From Halobacteria archaeon (GTDB taxonomy: Archaea; Methanobacteriota_B; Thermococci; Methanofastidiosales; NM3), in assembly GCA_036733165.1 (NCBI GenBank), contig DAINBB010000005.1:5547-69546 (forward strand): a DNA stretch of 64,000 nucleotides, written 5' to 3'. The notes beneath the pieces were generated by a model. That model was given only the letters and a program-made list of their open reading frames with translations, had not been told where the DNA came from and searched no databases. This document shows, one piece after another, positions 49,163-58,812 of this stretch. The position numbers and the translations under genes are program-made. Within the stretch, counting starts at the first letter, position 1. Each line of letters begins with the position of its first letter.

Positions 49163-49633
49163 ATGACGCCGATCGGCATCATACACACGGACTTCAAGAG
49201 CAAGAAGGGAATGCCAATACAGGCCAAGACAAGCCCAGATGGAAAGGGCAGGATAGAGCTGCTGGACCGATACGTCGACGGCATCTCCGACCTTGAGGGC
49301 TTCTCACATATCATACTTCTGTACGTCTTTCACCTTTCTGAGGGATATAGGCTCAAGGTCAAGCCTTTCCTGGACGATGAGAAGAGGGGCCTTTTCGCCA
49401 CAAGGGCCCCAAACAGGCCGAACAACATAGGACTCTCCGTTGTCAAGCTTGAAGGGATAAGGGGCAATATAATCAGCATCAGCGGGACAGACATGCTTGA
49501 CGGCACCCCTCTCCTGGACATAAAACCGTATGTTCCACAAATGGACAACAGGGAAAATGCGAGGATAGGATGGCTGGAGCACAAGATCCACATGATGGAG
49601 AACACTTGCAACGATGGAAGATTCGGAGGTTGA
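49163..49633 (+). CDS. TsaA/YaeB-like SAM-dependent methyltransferase (TrmO family)
   Basis: 156 aa from first ATG 49163 (MTPIGIIHTDF...); TTG 49130 in track. Confidence 0.7.
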   Translation: MTPIGIIHTDFKSKKGMPIQAKTSPDGKGRIELLDRYVDGISDLEGFSHIILLYVFHLSEGYRLKVKPFLDDEKRGLFATRAPNRPNNIGLSVVKLEGIRGNIISISGTDMLDGTPLLDIKPYVPQMDNRENARIGWLEHKIHMMENTCNDGRFGG

Positions 49634-50485
49634 ATGATGAAGAGGTCAGAAGCCCTTCATAGAACATATGACATGTTGCTGGACATGTGCGACGAGAGAA
49701 CGTTGTCATCAAGATTGAAGAAGATAATCGTCAGGCCCGAGTGGAACGTGCTGGTCGCCGAGGACGGCCTTTGCGGAATGGTGATAAACTTCTATGGCAA
49801 GTACTCTATCGAACCGGACAAGTCCCCCCAGGTGGACGAGTTCCGATCGGCGATAGGTCTTGGCCTGACCGATGTGGTGGACCGTTACATCGATGCAACC
49901 GACCCCAATCTCCGGTCATTGGCCGTATGTTCCCTCTCGTGCCTATCGCAGCCGTTCCTCAACGACGATTCTTCAAGGGAGCGGGGCCTGGGGGCCGTGG
50001 AGGACATAGTATCCCTCGTGAGGCCTGATGACAGGGTGGCGGTCGTTGGTTACGGGCTCATGGTCAACGTGCTCAAGAAGGTATGCAGAGAGGTCCACGT
50101 AACGGAGATGAGGCCGAGGCACTTCATAGACAGTATCGTGATAGACGGGGACACACATTATTATCCAGACGACGTTCACTTCCACTCGCATCTTGAGAAC
50201 GAGGATGTGCTCGGTTCCAGCGATGTCGTCTTCATCACGGCATCAACGCTTGTCAACGGCACATTTGATGAGCTTTTGGGCTATTGTGGAAATACAAGGC
50301 TGTGCGGGATATACGGCCCCAGCGGTTCGATATTGCCAGACGCGCTTTTTGGCATGGGACTCGATTTCACACGGGCCTATGAGATAACGGACCCGGATGT
50401 TTTCGTGAGGGACGCCCTCGACTCGCCGGCGCTTGAATCATCTATAAAAAAACAACAGAAAAAGCACTGGATCCTAAGGTCATGA
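49634..50485 (+). CDS. DUF4213/DUF364 Rossmann-like protein (predicted heavy-metal chelation domain)
   Basis: 283 aa; last gene of the Moco operon, adjacent to the tsaA-like stop. Confidence 0.55.
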   Translation: MMKRSEALHRTYDMLLDMCDERTLSSRLKKIIVRPEWNVLVAEDGLCGMVINFYGKYSIEPDKSPQVDEFRSAIGLGLTDVVDRYIDATDPNLRSLAVCSLSCLSQPFLNDDSSRERGLGAVEDIVSLVRPDDRVAVVGYGLMVNVLKKVCREVHVTEMRPRHFIDSIVIDGDTHYYPDDVHFHSHLENEDVLGSSDVVFITASTLVNGTFDELLGYCGNTRLCGIYGPSGSILPDALFGMGLDFTRAYEITDPDVFVRDALDSPALESSIKKQQKKHWILRS

Positions 50486-50884
50486 TCTTTCCACGAACTC
50501 ATAGCATGATAGGATGTCCATCCCAAAGTGAAGTATGTGCAGACCCAGCATCGCCCTACGGTATATGTGGCCGTTTATGTCCTTTTCCTTGGGGGACATC
50601 TTGTCACCGAGATTCTGCAGCACCTCCTTGTGCTTTCTCTCAAGCATCCTCTTTAATCTGAGCAATCTATGTTCATCTATATCATAGTTCTGCCCTTCGA
50701 GTATGCTCGTGTAGTTCACGAAGAAGATGCCGTAATACTTCTTGTAGAGCTTGAGAAGCTCGTCGTAGAATATGACATCGCTTATAAGTGCCCTTTGCTC
50801 GTCCCTGAGCTGGCACTCGAGCACGAATCTGTCCCTGACCCTGATTATGTCCTCGCGCTCATCCTCGAACTCCTTGAATCCCAT
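50480..50884 (-). CDS. hypothetical acidic protein
   Basis: 134 aa, ATG 50884, codon usage consistent with neighbours. Confidence 0.35.
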   Translation of the reverse strand: MGFKEFEDEREDIIRVRDRFVLECQLRDEQRALISDVIFYDELLKLYKKYYGIFFVNYTSILEGQNYDIDEHRLLRLKRMLERKHKEVLQNLGDKMSPKEKDINGHIYRRAMLGLHILHFGMDILSCYEFVERS

Positions 50885-51053
50885 ATCCTCCGTTTCGATA
50901 AGTGTTATGTTAACAACCTCTCCTTATTTTTGGGCCTTAGACTGTTTAGGACTGTGTCATTTATTAATTGATTCCCGATAATCCTCATGTGACCCGCAGG
51001 TTGTGCCAAATGGTCCAAGACATAGTTAACCTTTTATTAACGCATTTCCGACT

Positions 51054-51977
51054 ATGGATAATATGATGCCCGCAGGTAAAGACAGTGATATCGTATTCGC
51101 TACACATGGACTTTCAAGGTCATACGGGATGGTCAACGCGGTCAACGACCTGACGGTATCTGTTAGACGGGGATCGATAGGGCTCCTTGGTCCAAACGGT
51201 GCTGGAAAGAGCACCTTCATAAAGATGCTCATGGGACTCGTACGCCCCACAGGCGGCTCTTTCAAGATGTCTGCGATGCCCGGGTCGGGCACTTACCTGG
51301 ACAAGGTCGGTTACATGCCCGAGCACGACTGCCTCCCGAACGACATGACAGCTGTGGGCCTGGTCTCCTACATGGGAAAACTTTCCGGACTCCCTTCCGA
51401 GGTCTCAATGGAGCGGACTCATGAGATACTCGACTTCGTAGGGATGGACGAATCCCGCTATAGGAAGATAAAGGGCTTCTCAACAGGCATGAAACAGAAG
51501 GTAAAGCTCTGCCAGTCGATGGTTCACGACCCGGATCTGGTGTTTTTCGACGAACCTACCAATGGCCTCGACCCTGAAGGGAGGAGAGAGATGCTGGACC
51601 TGATCAGGGATATTGCAAAGACCGGAAAGACCATAGTATTGAGCACGCATCTCCTGCCCGATGTGGAATACGTATGCGATGACGTCATGATCATGAACAA
51701 CGGCGAACTGATACTCTACGATTCACTTGCAAATACCCTTGGGAGCAGGAATCTTGCAGTAAGGGTGAGAGGGGACCAGGAACGTTTCATAGACCATATG
51801 CGGAACATGGGATTCGGCGTCACCACTTCAGGACCCAACATCATCATAGAAGGGGGGGCGTCCTCAAGCGACGTCTTTGTCTCTGCAAGGGCATCCGATG
51901 TCCAGATCCGATACATCTCGTACCATTCCCGCACCCTGGAGGACATATTCCTTAAGCTTGTAGGTGGTGGAGGATGA
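51054..51977 (+). CDS. ABC transporter ATP-binding protein (first of tandem pair)
   Basis: Walker A GPNGAGKST, signature FSTGMKQK, Walker B FFDEPTNGLD. Confidence 0.85.
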   Translation: MDNMMPAGKDSDIVFATHGLSRSYGMVNAVNDLTVSVRRGSIGLLGPNGAGKSTFIKMLMGLVRPTGGSFKMSAMPGSGTYLDKVGYMPEHDCLPNDMTAVGLVSYMGKLSGLPSEVSMERTHEILDFVGMDESRYRKIKGFSTGMKQKVKLCQSMVHDPDLVFFDEPTNGLDPEGRREMLDLIRDIAKTGKTIVLSTHLLPDVEYVCDDVMIMNNGELILYDSLANTLGSRNLAVRVRGDQERFIDHMRNMGFGVTTSGPNIIIEGGASSSDVFVSARASDVQIRYISYHSRTLEDIFLKLVGGGG

Positions 51978-52798
51978 ACAGATTCTCTGCCAAGTACGGG
52001 CCCTGGAAGGGCCAAAGCACCACCTTCAGAAAGAGGATGTCCACGTTCATAACACATGAACTATCTTCCATACTCAGATCAAAATGGTCACTTCTTGTGC
52101 TCATAATCATCTATGCCCTGTTGGTAATGCCGCGCATTTTTGCAGCCATGAACCCGATCATCGGTTTCAGTCCCGAGTCATACTACAGCATGTTCAGCGA
52201 GATGCACCTTTTCATCTTTTTGTATGCCGCTGTTGTCGGTTCCGGGATAATAGCGAGCGATTTCAAGAACAAGAGCATCGTCCTGTACCTGACCAAGGGA
52301 TATTCGAGGTTCGGTTACATTGTAGGCAAGTTCGCCATACTGTTCCTGGCATTCTCCCTAATCACAATACTGCCGTTCCTGATCATATACATAGTCGCCC
52401 TGATATCCTCTGACCTTTCATTCGCCGTCCTGAAGGACAACCTATGGTTGTTGGGTGCCGGCCTTGCGATGGGCACTGTTCTCACGCTCTTCCTATGTGC
52501 CCTGACCGCCGGGCTCTCAGCGCTGCTTGGTGATAGGCGCTATACCGGTGCGGCGCTATTTGCCGTCATGATCCTCTCGGGCATCGTTTCCGACATCCTC
52601 TTCTCGATCAACGGGAACGAGATGATGTGGATGGTGTCCTTGGGGGAGGACATATCCGTCATAGGCACTTACTTGTTCAGATTGGATGGCATCTATGGAT
52701 TCAACAGGGCGTATCCGTTCATGATAATCGTTGCCATCTCATTGGTGATGGCCTATATCGTGTATCATTACATATACAGGAAGGAGCTGTCCACATGA
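51974..52798 (+). CDS. ABC-2 type permease (first)
   Basis: 274 aa, 6 TM helices; ATGA overlap with upstream ATPase. Confidence 0.6.
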   Translation: MNRFSAKYGPWKGQSTTFRKRMSTFITHELSSILRSKWSLLVLIIIYALLVMPRIFAAMNPIIGFSPESYYSMFSEMHLFIFLYAAVVGSGIIASDFKNKSIVLYLTKGYSRFGYIVGKFAILFLAFSLITILPFLIIYIVALISSDLSFAVLKDNLWLLGAGLAMGTVLTLFLCALTAGLSALLGDRRYTGAALFAVMILSGIVSDILFSINGNEMMWMVSLGEDISVIGTYLFRLDGIYGFNRAYPFMIIVAISLVMAYIVYHYIYRKELST

Positions 52799-53712
52799 AG
52801 GTCGTAGAGGCTGAGTCACTTTCGAAATGGTATGGGGAGGTCAATGGACTCAATAACTTCACCGCCACCATCGGAAATGGGATAACCGGGCTCGTGGGCC
52901 CGAACGGTGCGGGTAAGACAACATTGATCAGGCTCCTCACAGGCATCATAATGCAGGGAAAGGGCGAGCTAAAGGTGCTTGGGGAAACACCCTTCAACAA
53001 TCCACGGCTCTCGTCCAGGATGGGTTACTGTCCAGACCATGAAAATCTTTACTTCAAGATGCGACCCTCAACGTTTCTCCATTACATGGCCCGCCTCAAC
53101 GGTCTTGGAAAGAAGGAATGCGGGGAGAGGTCTGAGAAATGCCTTTCGATGGTTGGGCTTGCTGGTGTCGACAGACCTATAGGTACCTTCAGCAAGGGCA
53201 TGAAACAGAGGATAAAGATCGCACAGGCGCTTCTTAACGAACCTGAGCTCCTTATACTTGATGAACCGTTCACTGGTGTGGACCCCGTTGTCAGGGCCAA
53301 TCTTTTCGAGATAATCTCCAATCTTGCCAAGACCGGCATCGATGTTATCATCAGCAGCCATATCCTTTATGACATAGAACGACTTGCCAGCGAGGTGCTT
53401 CTCATGAACGACGGCAAGATGCTCCTGTCGGGCAGGATAGGGGACATCGTCGACATAGTGGATGAGAACACGCATTCCATGGTGATCAAATCCAATGAGT
53501 GTAGAAGGCTGGGTTCACTGCTTTTTGACAACGGCCTGGTGGACAATGTCGACATAAGGTCTCATGAGGAACTGTTGGTAAGGACCAGCAATCCCAATGA
53601 GCTCTACGACTTCCTGCCAAAGGCTGTCCTGGAAGAAGGCATAGGCATCGAGGCGCTGACCCCCGTCGACAACGATCTCCAATCAATATTTGACAGGGTG
53701 ATGAGAAGATGA
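52795..53712 (+). CDS. ABC transporter ATP-binding protein (second)
   Basis: 305 aa from ATG 52795; Walker A GPNGAGKTT, signature FSKGMKQR. Confidence 0.85.
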   Translation: MKVVEAESLSKWYGEVNGLNNFTATIGNGITGLVGPNGAGKTTLIRLLTGIIMQGKGELKVLGETPFNNPRLSSRMGYCPDHENLYFKMRPSTFLHYMARLNGLGKKECGERSEKCLSMVGLAGVDRPIGTFSKGMKQRIKIAQALLNEPELLILDEPFTGVDPVVRANLFEIISNLAKTGIDVIISSHILYDIERLASEVLLMNDGKMLLSGRIGDIVDIVDENTHSMVIKSNECRRLGSLLFDNGLVDNVDIRSHEELLVRTSNPNELYDFLPKAVLEEGIGIEALTPVDNDLQSIFDRVMRR

Positions 53713-54467
53713 AGGGAGGGATGGGCGCAAATCTTGGAATGATGCAACTCACGCTAAGGCAAATGTTATATTCAAGGAAGTTCATCGTCCTGCTCGTCCT
53801 CACATGTCTGCCGATGCTTCTTGTGGTCTATGCCCTCATGCAGCCCGACATGTCGCAACCGTACCTCTTCCTAAGCGATTTCACATATATCCTTTACATA
53901 CAGATCGTAATGGTCGTAGTAACGTTGGTCAATGCGACCTCGCTTATCAGGGATGAGATATCCAACAGGACAATCAGTTTTCTTGTTACCAGGTCTATTT
54001 CAAGGGGTAATATTGTGCTTTCACGCTATATCGCTCACATCCCTGTGAACTTCATACTTGTGGCCCTTCCAGTGACACTGTCTTACATCTATATAGGTGC
54101 AATGAGGGGAGGGATGTCTGCAAACCTGGACATCCTGGCAGGGTACATCCTGATGATACTTATCGGCGTCATGGTCTATGGCGCCTTTTTCTACATGCTG
54201 GGCATACTGGTGAGACACCCCCTGATGATTGGCCTCTTGTTCGCATTCCTCTGGGAGGTGCTCCTGACAAATATGCAGGGGAAGATACCATATATGACCA
54301 TCATGTTCTACATCAGGTCAATCGGTTTCAGCATAATCGATACAAGCAGCATTCAGGAATCCCTGAGCATGATCTCTGCCAATTATTCAATAATGGCATT
54401 GTTTATCGTCATTGCATGCATATTGTTCATCGCCAGGAGAAGATTTACAAAGATGGATCTGATCTGA
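53709..54467 (+). CDS. ABC-2 type permease (second)
   Basis: 252 aa, 6 TM helices; ATGA overlap. Confidence 0.6.
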   Translation: MKGGMGANLGMMQLTLRQMLYSRKFIVLLVLTCLPMLLVVYALMQPDMSQPYLFLSDFTYILYIQIVMVVVTLVNATSLIRDEISNRTISFLVTRSISRGNIVLSRYIAHIPVNFILVALPVTLSYIYIGAMRGGMSANLDILAGYILMILIGVMVYGAFFYMLGILVRHPLMIGLLFAFLWEVLLTNMQGKIPYMTIMFYIRSIGFSIIDTSSIQESLSMISANYSIMALFIVIACILFIARRRFTKMDLI

Positions 54468-54581
54468 TACATGCTTTGTACAGACCTTCCACATATTTGA
54501 TGTTCGTCTAGAGATTTCCATGATTCTTAATATGTATTTTTCCTTATTTTTTGACATCAAGATGCATATAAAGTCAAGGTC

Positions 54582-54869
54582 ATGGGCGCGCCCAATCTCG
54601 ATGATTTTTATTCAAAACCAGACTACTGCATAAAAGCGCACATGATGGCCCGTGAAATGTACAAATGGGACCAACCTCCATTTGTCATGGACCCTGGCTA
54701 CCTAACTGAAATTTGGGGCGGAAAGGCCATGCGCTTGGCATGGGTTGCGAGCTTCCGCCGCCGTCCCCTCCGTCAAATGTGTTCGGCATGGTCAAGGCAG
54801 CAGAGGAATATGGAAGACGCTGATCTTCCTTTATCTTTTTATATTCATATCTATCTTTTTTACCTATGA
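54582..54869 (+). other. unresolved ORF: about 50 plausible N-terminal codons that decay into AT-rich sequence and overlap the DUF1638 start; possible gene remnant
   Basis: MGAPNLDDFYSKPDYCIKAHMMAREMYKWDQPPFVMDPGYLTEIWGGKAM looks protein-like; the remainder is low-complexity. Confidence 0.2.
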
Positions 54870-55609
54870 GACGATTGGGAATAATCTCTTGCCAGGTGTT
54901 CGAATGGGAACTGGCCCACATTCTCGACAAGAGGCGCGACATAGACAACATATATATCTTAAACACGCCTGAGAACAAGGGGTTTGCCCAATGCCTGAAC
55001 AATCACAAGGCAAAGCTCATCAGGGACCCCTACTTTCTGCCAAGGCTCTCGAGGACCTTGGATGTATTGGTCAACATACTGCCCATAGGTCTTCATATAG
55101 ACATCGACGAGCTTGAGTACGAATGCAACGAAAACATCAACACCTTCAAGGAATGTGCCTCAAGGGTCCTTCTTCTCTATGGTCTCTGTGGCAATGCCCT
55201 GAAGAACATCATCCACAGAGAGGATGTCGATCTCCTTTATCCCCGTGACAGCGAAGGGCTTGTCGACGACTGCATATGCTCCATCTTGGGCAGGGAGCGG
55301 TATTTCGAGGAACTTAAGCGAAATGGCAGCTTCTTCATGATACCCGGAATGGTGAATCATCGCGATGGCATGGTGGGGCGTATAGAGGAAAGGGTGTCAA
55401 GGGCATACTCAGACGAGGACACCAAGTTGCTGCTCCAGGTCAATGAGTATGAGAGGGCGCTCATAGTCGAGGAGGGCATAGAGACGGACGACTACCTCAG
55501 AAGGGCCCACCTCTTGGCGAATAATTTTGGGCTTGCGATTGAGAGGACTGCCGGCGACCTCTCCCTTTTGGAAGATACCATCGATAATGCGCTTTCCTCG
55601 ATGGATTAA
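54866..55609 (+). CDS. DUF1638 domain protein (paralog 1)
   Basis: 247 aa; shares IISCQVFE...ILPIGLHID...LLYGLCGNA...VDDCICSILGRE blocks with the 58813-59538 paralog. Confidence 0.6.
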   Translation: MRRLGIISCQVFEWELAHILDKRRDIDNIYILNTPENKGFAQCLNNHKAKLIRDPYFLPRLSRTLDVLVNILPIGLHIDIDELEYECNENINTFKECASRVLLLYGLCGNALKNIIHREDVDLLYPRDSEGLVDDCICSILGRERYFEELKRNGSFFMIPGMVNHRDGMVGRIEERVSRAYSDEDTKLLLQVNEYERALIVEEGIETDDYLRRAHLLANNFGLAIERTAGDLSLLEDTIDNALSSMD

Positions 55610-55640
55610 ATTTTAATATGCACCTTGACATTAATTCATA

Positions 55641-57437
55641 ATGCCCCAGTCATACAGGATACTCCATGTGGAGGACGACAATGAATACTTCGAGCTCTTC
55701 AAGACCCAGATGCAGAGGATCAATGGCAAAGAAGGGTGGGGTAGTCTGGAGTTTGTCAATGTCGCGTCCCTGGACGATGCCTTGGAACTGTTTGAGAATG
55801 GATCTTTTGACCTTATCATCAGTGATTATCAGGTATTGAAGGGAAATGGCATAGACTTTCTAAAGAACGTAAGGGAGAGGGACCTTTCTATCCCCTTCAT
55901 TTTCCTTACCTCGCAGGGTGATGAACAGATTGCGAGGGATGCTTTCATACACGGGGCGAACGATTATTTTTCAAAGCAGGTGGGATTGGCAAGTTATGAG
56001 AAGATATTCAATGCCATGAGGTCCCAAGTGGACCTGTACAATTCAAGGAGAAGGGAATCTGAGGTTAACAGGAAGCTTTACCAGAACGAGGAGCTATTGA
56101 TCAATCTTTTCGAGTCAATATCCGATTTCCTCTACTACAAGGACCCCGAGGGGCGATATGAGATCGTCAACAAGGCGTTCGAAGAGGCTGTCGGACTTAA
56201 GAAGATGGACATCATTGGCAGAAGGGACGAGGATATATTTTCCAAAAAGGATGCCAAGATCCTTGGCGATGAAGGAAAGATGGTGATGGAATCCATGGAG
56301 CCCATGACATTCGAAAACAACATATCGCTGGGTGGCGGCCGGAATTATTACGAGATCCTTATGGTCCCCATTACAAATGGCCATGACAATAAGGTCAGAT
56401 TGATGGGCATTGGCAGGAATATCACTAAAAGAAAGATGGTGGAGGAATCCCTTAGGAAAAGTGAACTATTGTATCGCACACTTACGGAAAACATACCAAA
56501 CTGTTGTCTTGTGCTGTACAACAACGCCCTGGAGGTAGTTTTTGCAGGGGGTGATTCCTCCAATAACATGTTCAAGGACGTGAAGGACCCGGCCTCCGTC
56601 TTTTGGGAACTCTTCGAAGAGGATACCCTGATGGCGCTGGAATCCGGATTCACACGTGCCTTGCATGATGTCAAGCAATCTTTTGAGATAGTCCATGAGT
56701 CCAGAAACTTCGATGTCTACACCCTGCCGATAAAGAACTATGGGGGCCATGTCGAACTGGCCATGGCCATGATATATGACATCACGGAGAGAAAAAGGAC
56801 CGAAAAGGAGCTTATCGATCAAAGAAAGGAACTTTCCGACTATGCCCATATCGTATCCCACAACCTAAAGAACCAACTGATAACCATCAACGCCTATGCC
56901 CAGCTCATACTGGAGGGGGACGAGGACAGTCCCATCTTTGCCAAGAGCCTGATGAAGACGGTGAAGAAGGTCAACGAGTACATATCTGGACAGTTGAAGC
57001 TTGCGGAGGCTGGAAGGAACATAGGGGATCTCAGGGAAGTGGACCTCAATCAGCTGGTCAACAGGATAGGCAAGAACTTCCTGATAGAGATAAAGGGAAA
57101 TGATCTCCCGACGATAATGGGGGACCCCAAGAACATAGAGGAGGTATTTATCAATCTTGTCTCAAATTCCTTCAAACACGGGAAGGCTGACAAGGTCTCG
57201 ATATATTCTCAAATTGATGGCGAATGGAACAGGATAGTCTTTGAGGACAATGGTGTGGGCATTCCCGATCAATACGTTGATGATATCTTCAATCTGGGAT
57301 TTTCCACAGACGGCACCGGTTTCGGACTTGCCATAGTGAAAAAGATCATAGAATCACATGGCGGCAGCATAAGGCTCCTGCCGTCGAATGGCACGGGCGC
57401 ATCCTTTGAGATACTTTTCCCGCTAAGCAATTCCTAG
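55641..57437 (+). CDS. hybrid sensor histidine kinase (REC-PAS-PAS-HisKA-HATPase_c)
   Basis: 598 aa; N-terminal receiver with phospho-acceptor Asp (LIISDYQV), H-box (HIVSHNLKNQL), G-boxes (DNGVGIP, GTGFGLAIV). Confidence 0.85.
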   Translation: MPQSYRILHVEDDNEYFELFKTQMQRINGKEGWGSLEFVNVASLDDALELFENGSFDLIISDYQVLKGNGIDFLKNVRERDLSIPFIFLTSQGDEQIARDAFIHGANDYFSKQVGLASYEKIFNAMRSQVDLYNSRRRESEVNRKLYQNEELLINLFESISDFLYYKDPEGRYEIVNKAFEEAVGLKKMDIIGRRDEDIFSKKDAKILGDEGKMVMESMEPMTFENNISLGGGRNYYEILMVPITNGHDNKVRLMGIGRNITKRKMVEESLRKSELLYRTLTENIPNCCLVLYNNALEVVFAGGDSSNNMFKDVKDPASVFWELFEEDTLMALESGFTRALHDVKQSFEIVHESRNFDVYTLPIKNYGGHVELAMAMIYDITERKRTEKELIDQRKELSDYAHIVSHNLKNQLITINAYAQLILEGDEDSPIFAKSLMKTVKKVNEYISGQLKLAEAGRNIGDLREVDLNQLVNRIGKNFLIEIKGNDLPTIMGDPKNIEEVFINLVSNSFKHGKADKVSIYSQIDGEWNRIVFEDNGVGIPDQYVDDIFNLGFSTDGTGFGLAIVKKIIESHGGSIRLLPSNGTGASFEILFPLSNS

Positions 57438-58796
57438 CCATTGGCTTTCCATCTTTCCTATTATGGACCTTGCCCAAAGGAAGGATAGCATCCCGCTCAA
57501 CAGATTGGCCACGACTATGCTCGACCATATCCCCAAAAGGCCATAATCCATGACTATTCCCAACATGTATGCCGCCGGAACGGTGAATATCACTGTTCTC
57601 AGAAGGGTCACGCTCAGGCCGTTGATGCCTTTCCCTATCCCATTGAAGAAGGATGATGAGAACATGCTCAGGGAGGCGACAGGGAGATATATGCACACCA
57701 CCCTAAGAAATGTCACGAGGCCTTCGTATATCCTGGCCGCCCCGTCCCCCTGGGTGAAAAGCATTGCTATGTACGGCGCCAGGAGATATACTGCCAGGGC
57801 TATCAGGGACTCAAAGACAATACCCAAGCGCAGTGAATATAGATACGTCTCCTTCAGTTTTCCGTATTGTTTTGCCCCAAAGGTTGCCCCGGTCACCGTC
57901 GAGACCCCCATGGCCATCCCGATCAACGGCAGTGTTGCCATGTTGGTGACACGCCATCCCGTGCTGAGGATCGCCACGCCGTCGGTTCCGCCAACGCTCA
58001 GGACTATGCCGTTGAGAAGGAACATGTACACGGAGAAGGAAACGGTCTGGAACGATGCGGGAATGCCCACCTTGAAGATGTCCAAGGACACGTCTTTGGA
58101 TATTGAACGTTGCCGCAGGTCTATATCGGCGTACGATTGCCTTTTTGCAACCAACCAATAATGAGCCATGATGCAGCTTGAAAGATAGGATATCACCGTG
58201 GCCCAGGCGGCGCCGGCTATCCCCATGTCCAACTGATAGATGAATATGGGGTCCAGGACCATGTTCAGACATGTCCCCAGCAGCATTGCGAACATGGACC
58301 TCTTTGCATCGCCTTGATTTCTTAGCACGGCGTTAGAGAGGTCAGAGAGAAATATTATCAAGGTCCCGGCAAACATGACACGTGCATACGAAAGGGTCTG
58401 GGGAAGGATATCGTCAGCCCCGAGATACTGGAACATATTGTCTGAAAAGACCAACAACGGCGCCGAATATGCCAGGGATACTACTATCGCGAAGATGTAG
58501 GAATGGCTCAGTATGTTGCCTGCGCCCTTTCTGTCCTCAGCACCTATGCGTCTCGCCAGGGCAACACCGCCCCCAACACTGATTGCGGAGGAGATTGCCA
58601 ATGTAAGGTAGTAAAATGGATAGAACAAACCAACCGCGGAGAGTGCGTCCGCCCCAAGCCCCGATACCCATATGGCATCGACGAGATTGTAGACGGTGTT
58701 GGCGACCATGGCGATTATCATCGGTATGGAGATATTCAGTATTGCCTTTTTCGGGTCTGATAGCAACTTATCCCTGCTGTGGTAATACTTCTCCAT
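57423..58796 (-). CDS. MATE-family efflux transporter
   Basis: about 457 aa, 12 TM helices; ATG 58796 (GTG 58811 in track). Confidence 0.85.
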   Translation of the reverse strand: MEKYYHSRDKLLSDPKKAILNISIPMIIAMVANTVYNLVDAIWVSGLGADALSAVGLFYPFYYLTLAISSAISVGGGVALARRIGAEDRKGAGNILSHSYIFAIVVSLAYSAPLLVFSDNMFQYLGADDILPQTLSYARVMFAGTLIIFLSDLSNAVLRNQGDAKRSMFAMLLGTCLNMVLDPIFIYQLDMGIAGAAWATVISYLSSCIMAHYWLVAKRQSYADIDLRQRSISKDVSLDIFKVGIPASFQTVSFSVYMFLLNGIVLSVGGTDGVAILSTGWRVTNMATLPLIGMAMGVSTVTGATFGAKQYGKLKETYLYSLRLGIVFESLIALAVYLLAPYIAMLFTQGDGAARIYEGLVTFLRVVCIYLPVASLSMFSSSFFNGIGKGINGLSVTLLRTVIFTVPAAYMLGIVMDYGLLGIWSSIVVANLLSGMLSFLWARSIIGKMESQWLGIA

Positions 58797-58812
58797 GCTC
58801 GCACCTGCCACG

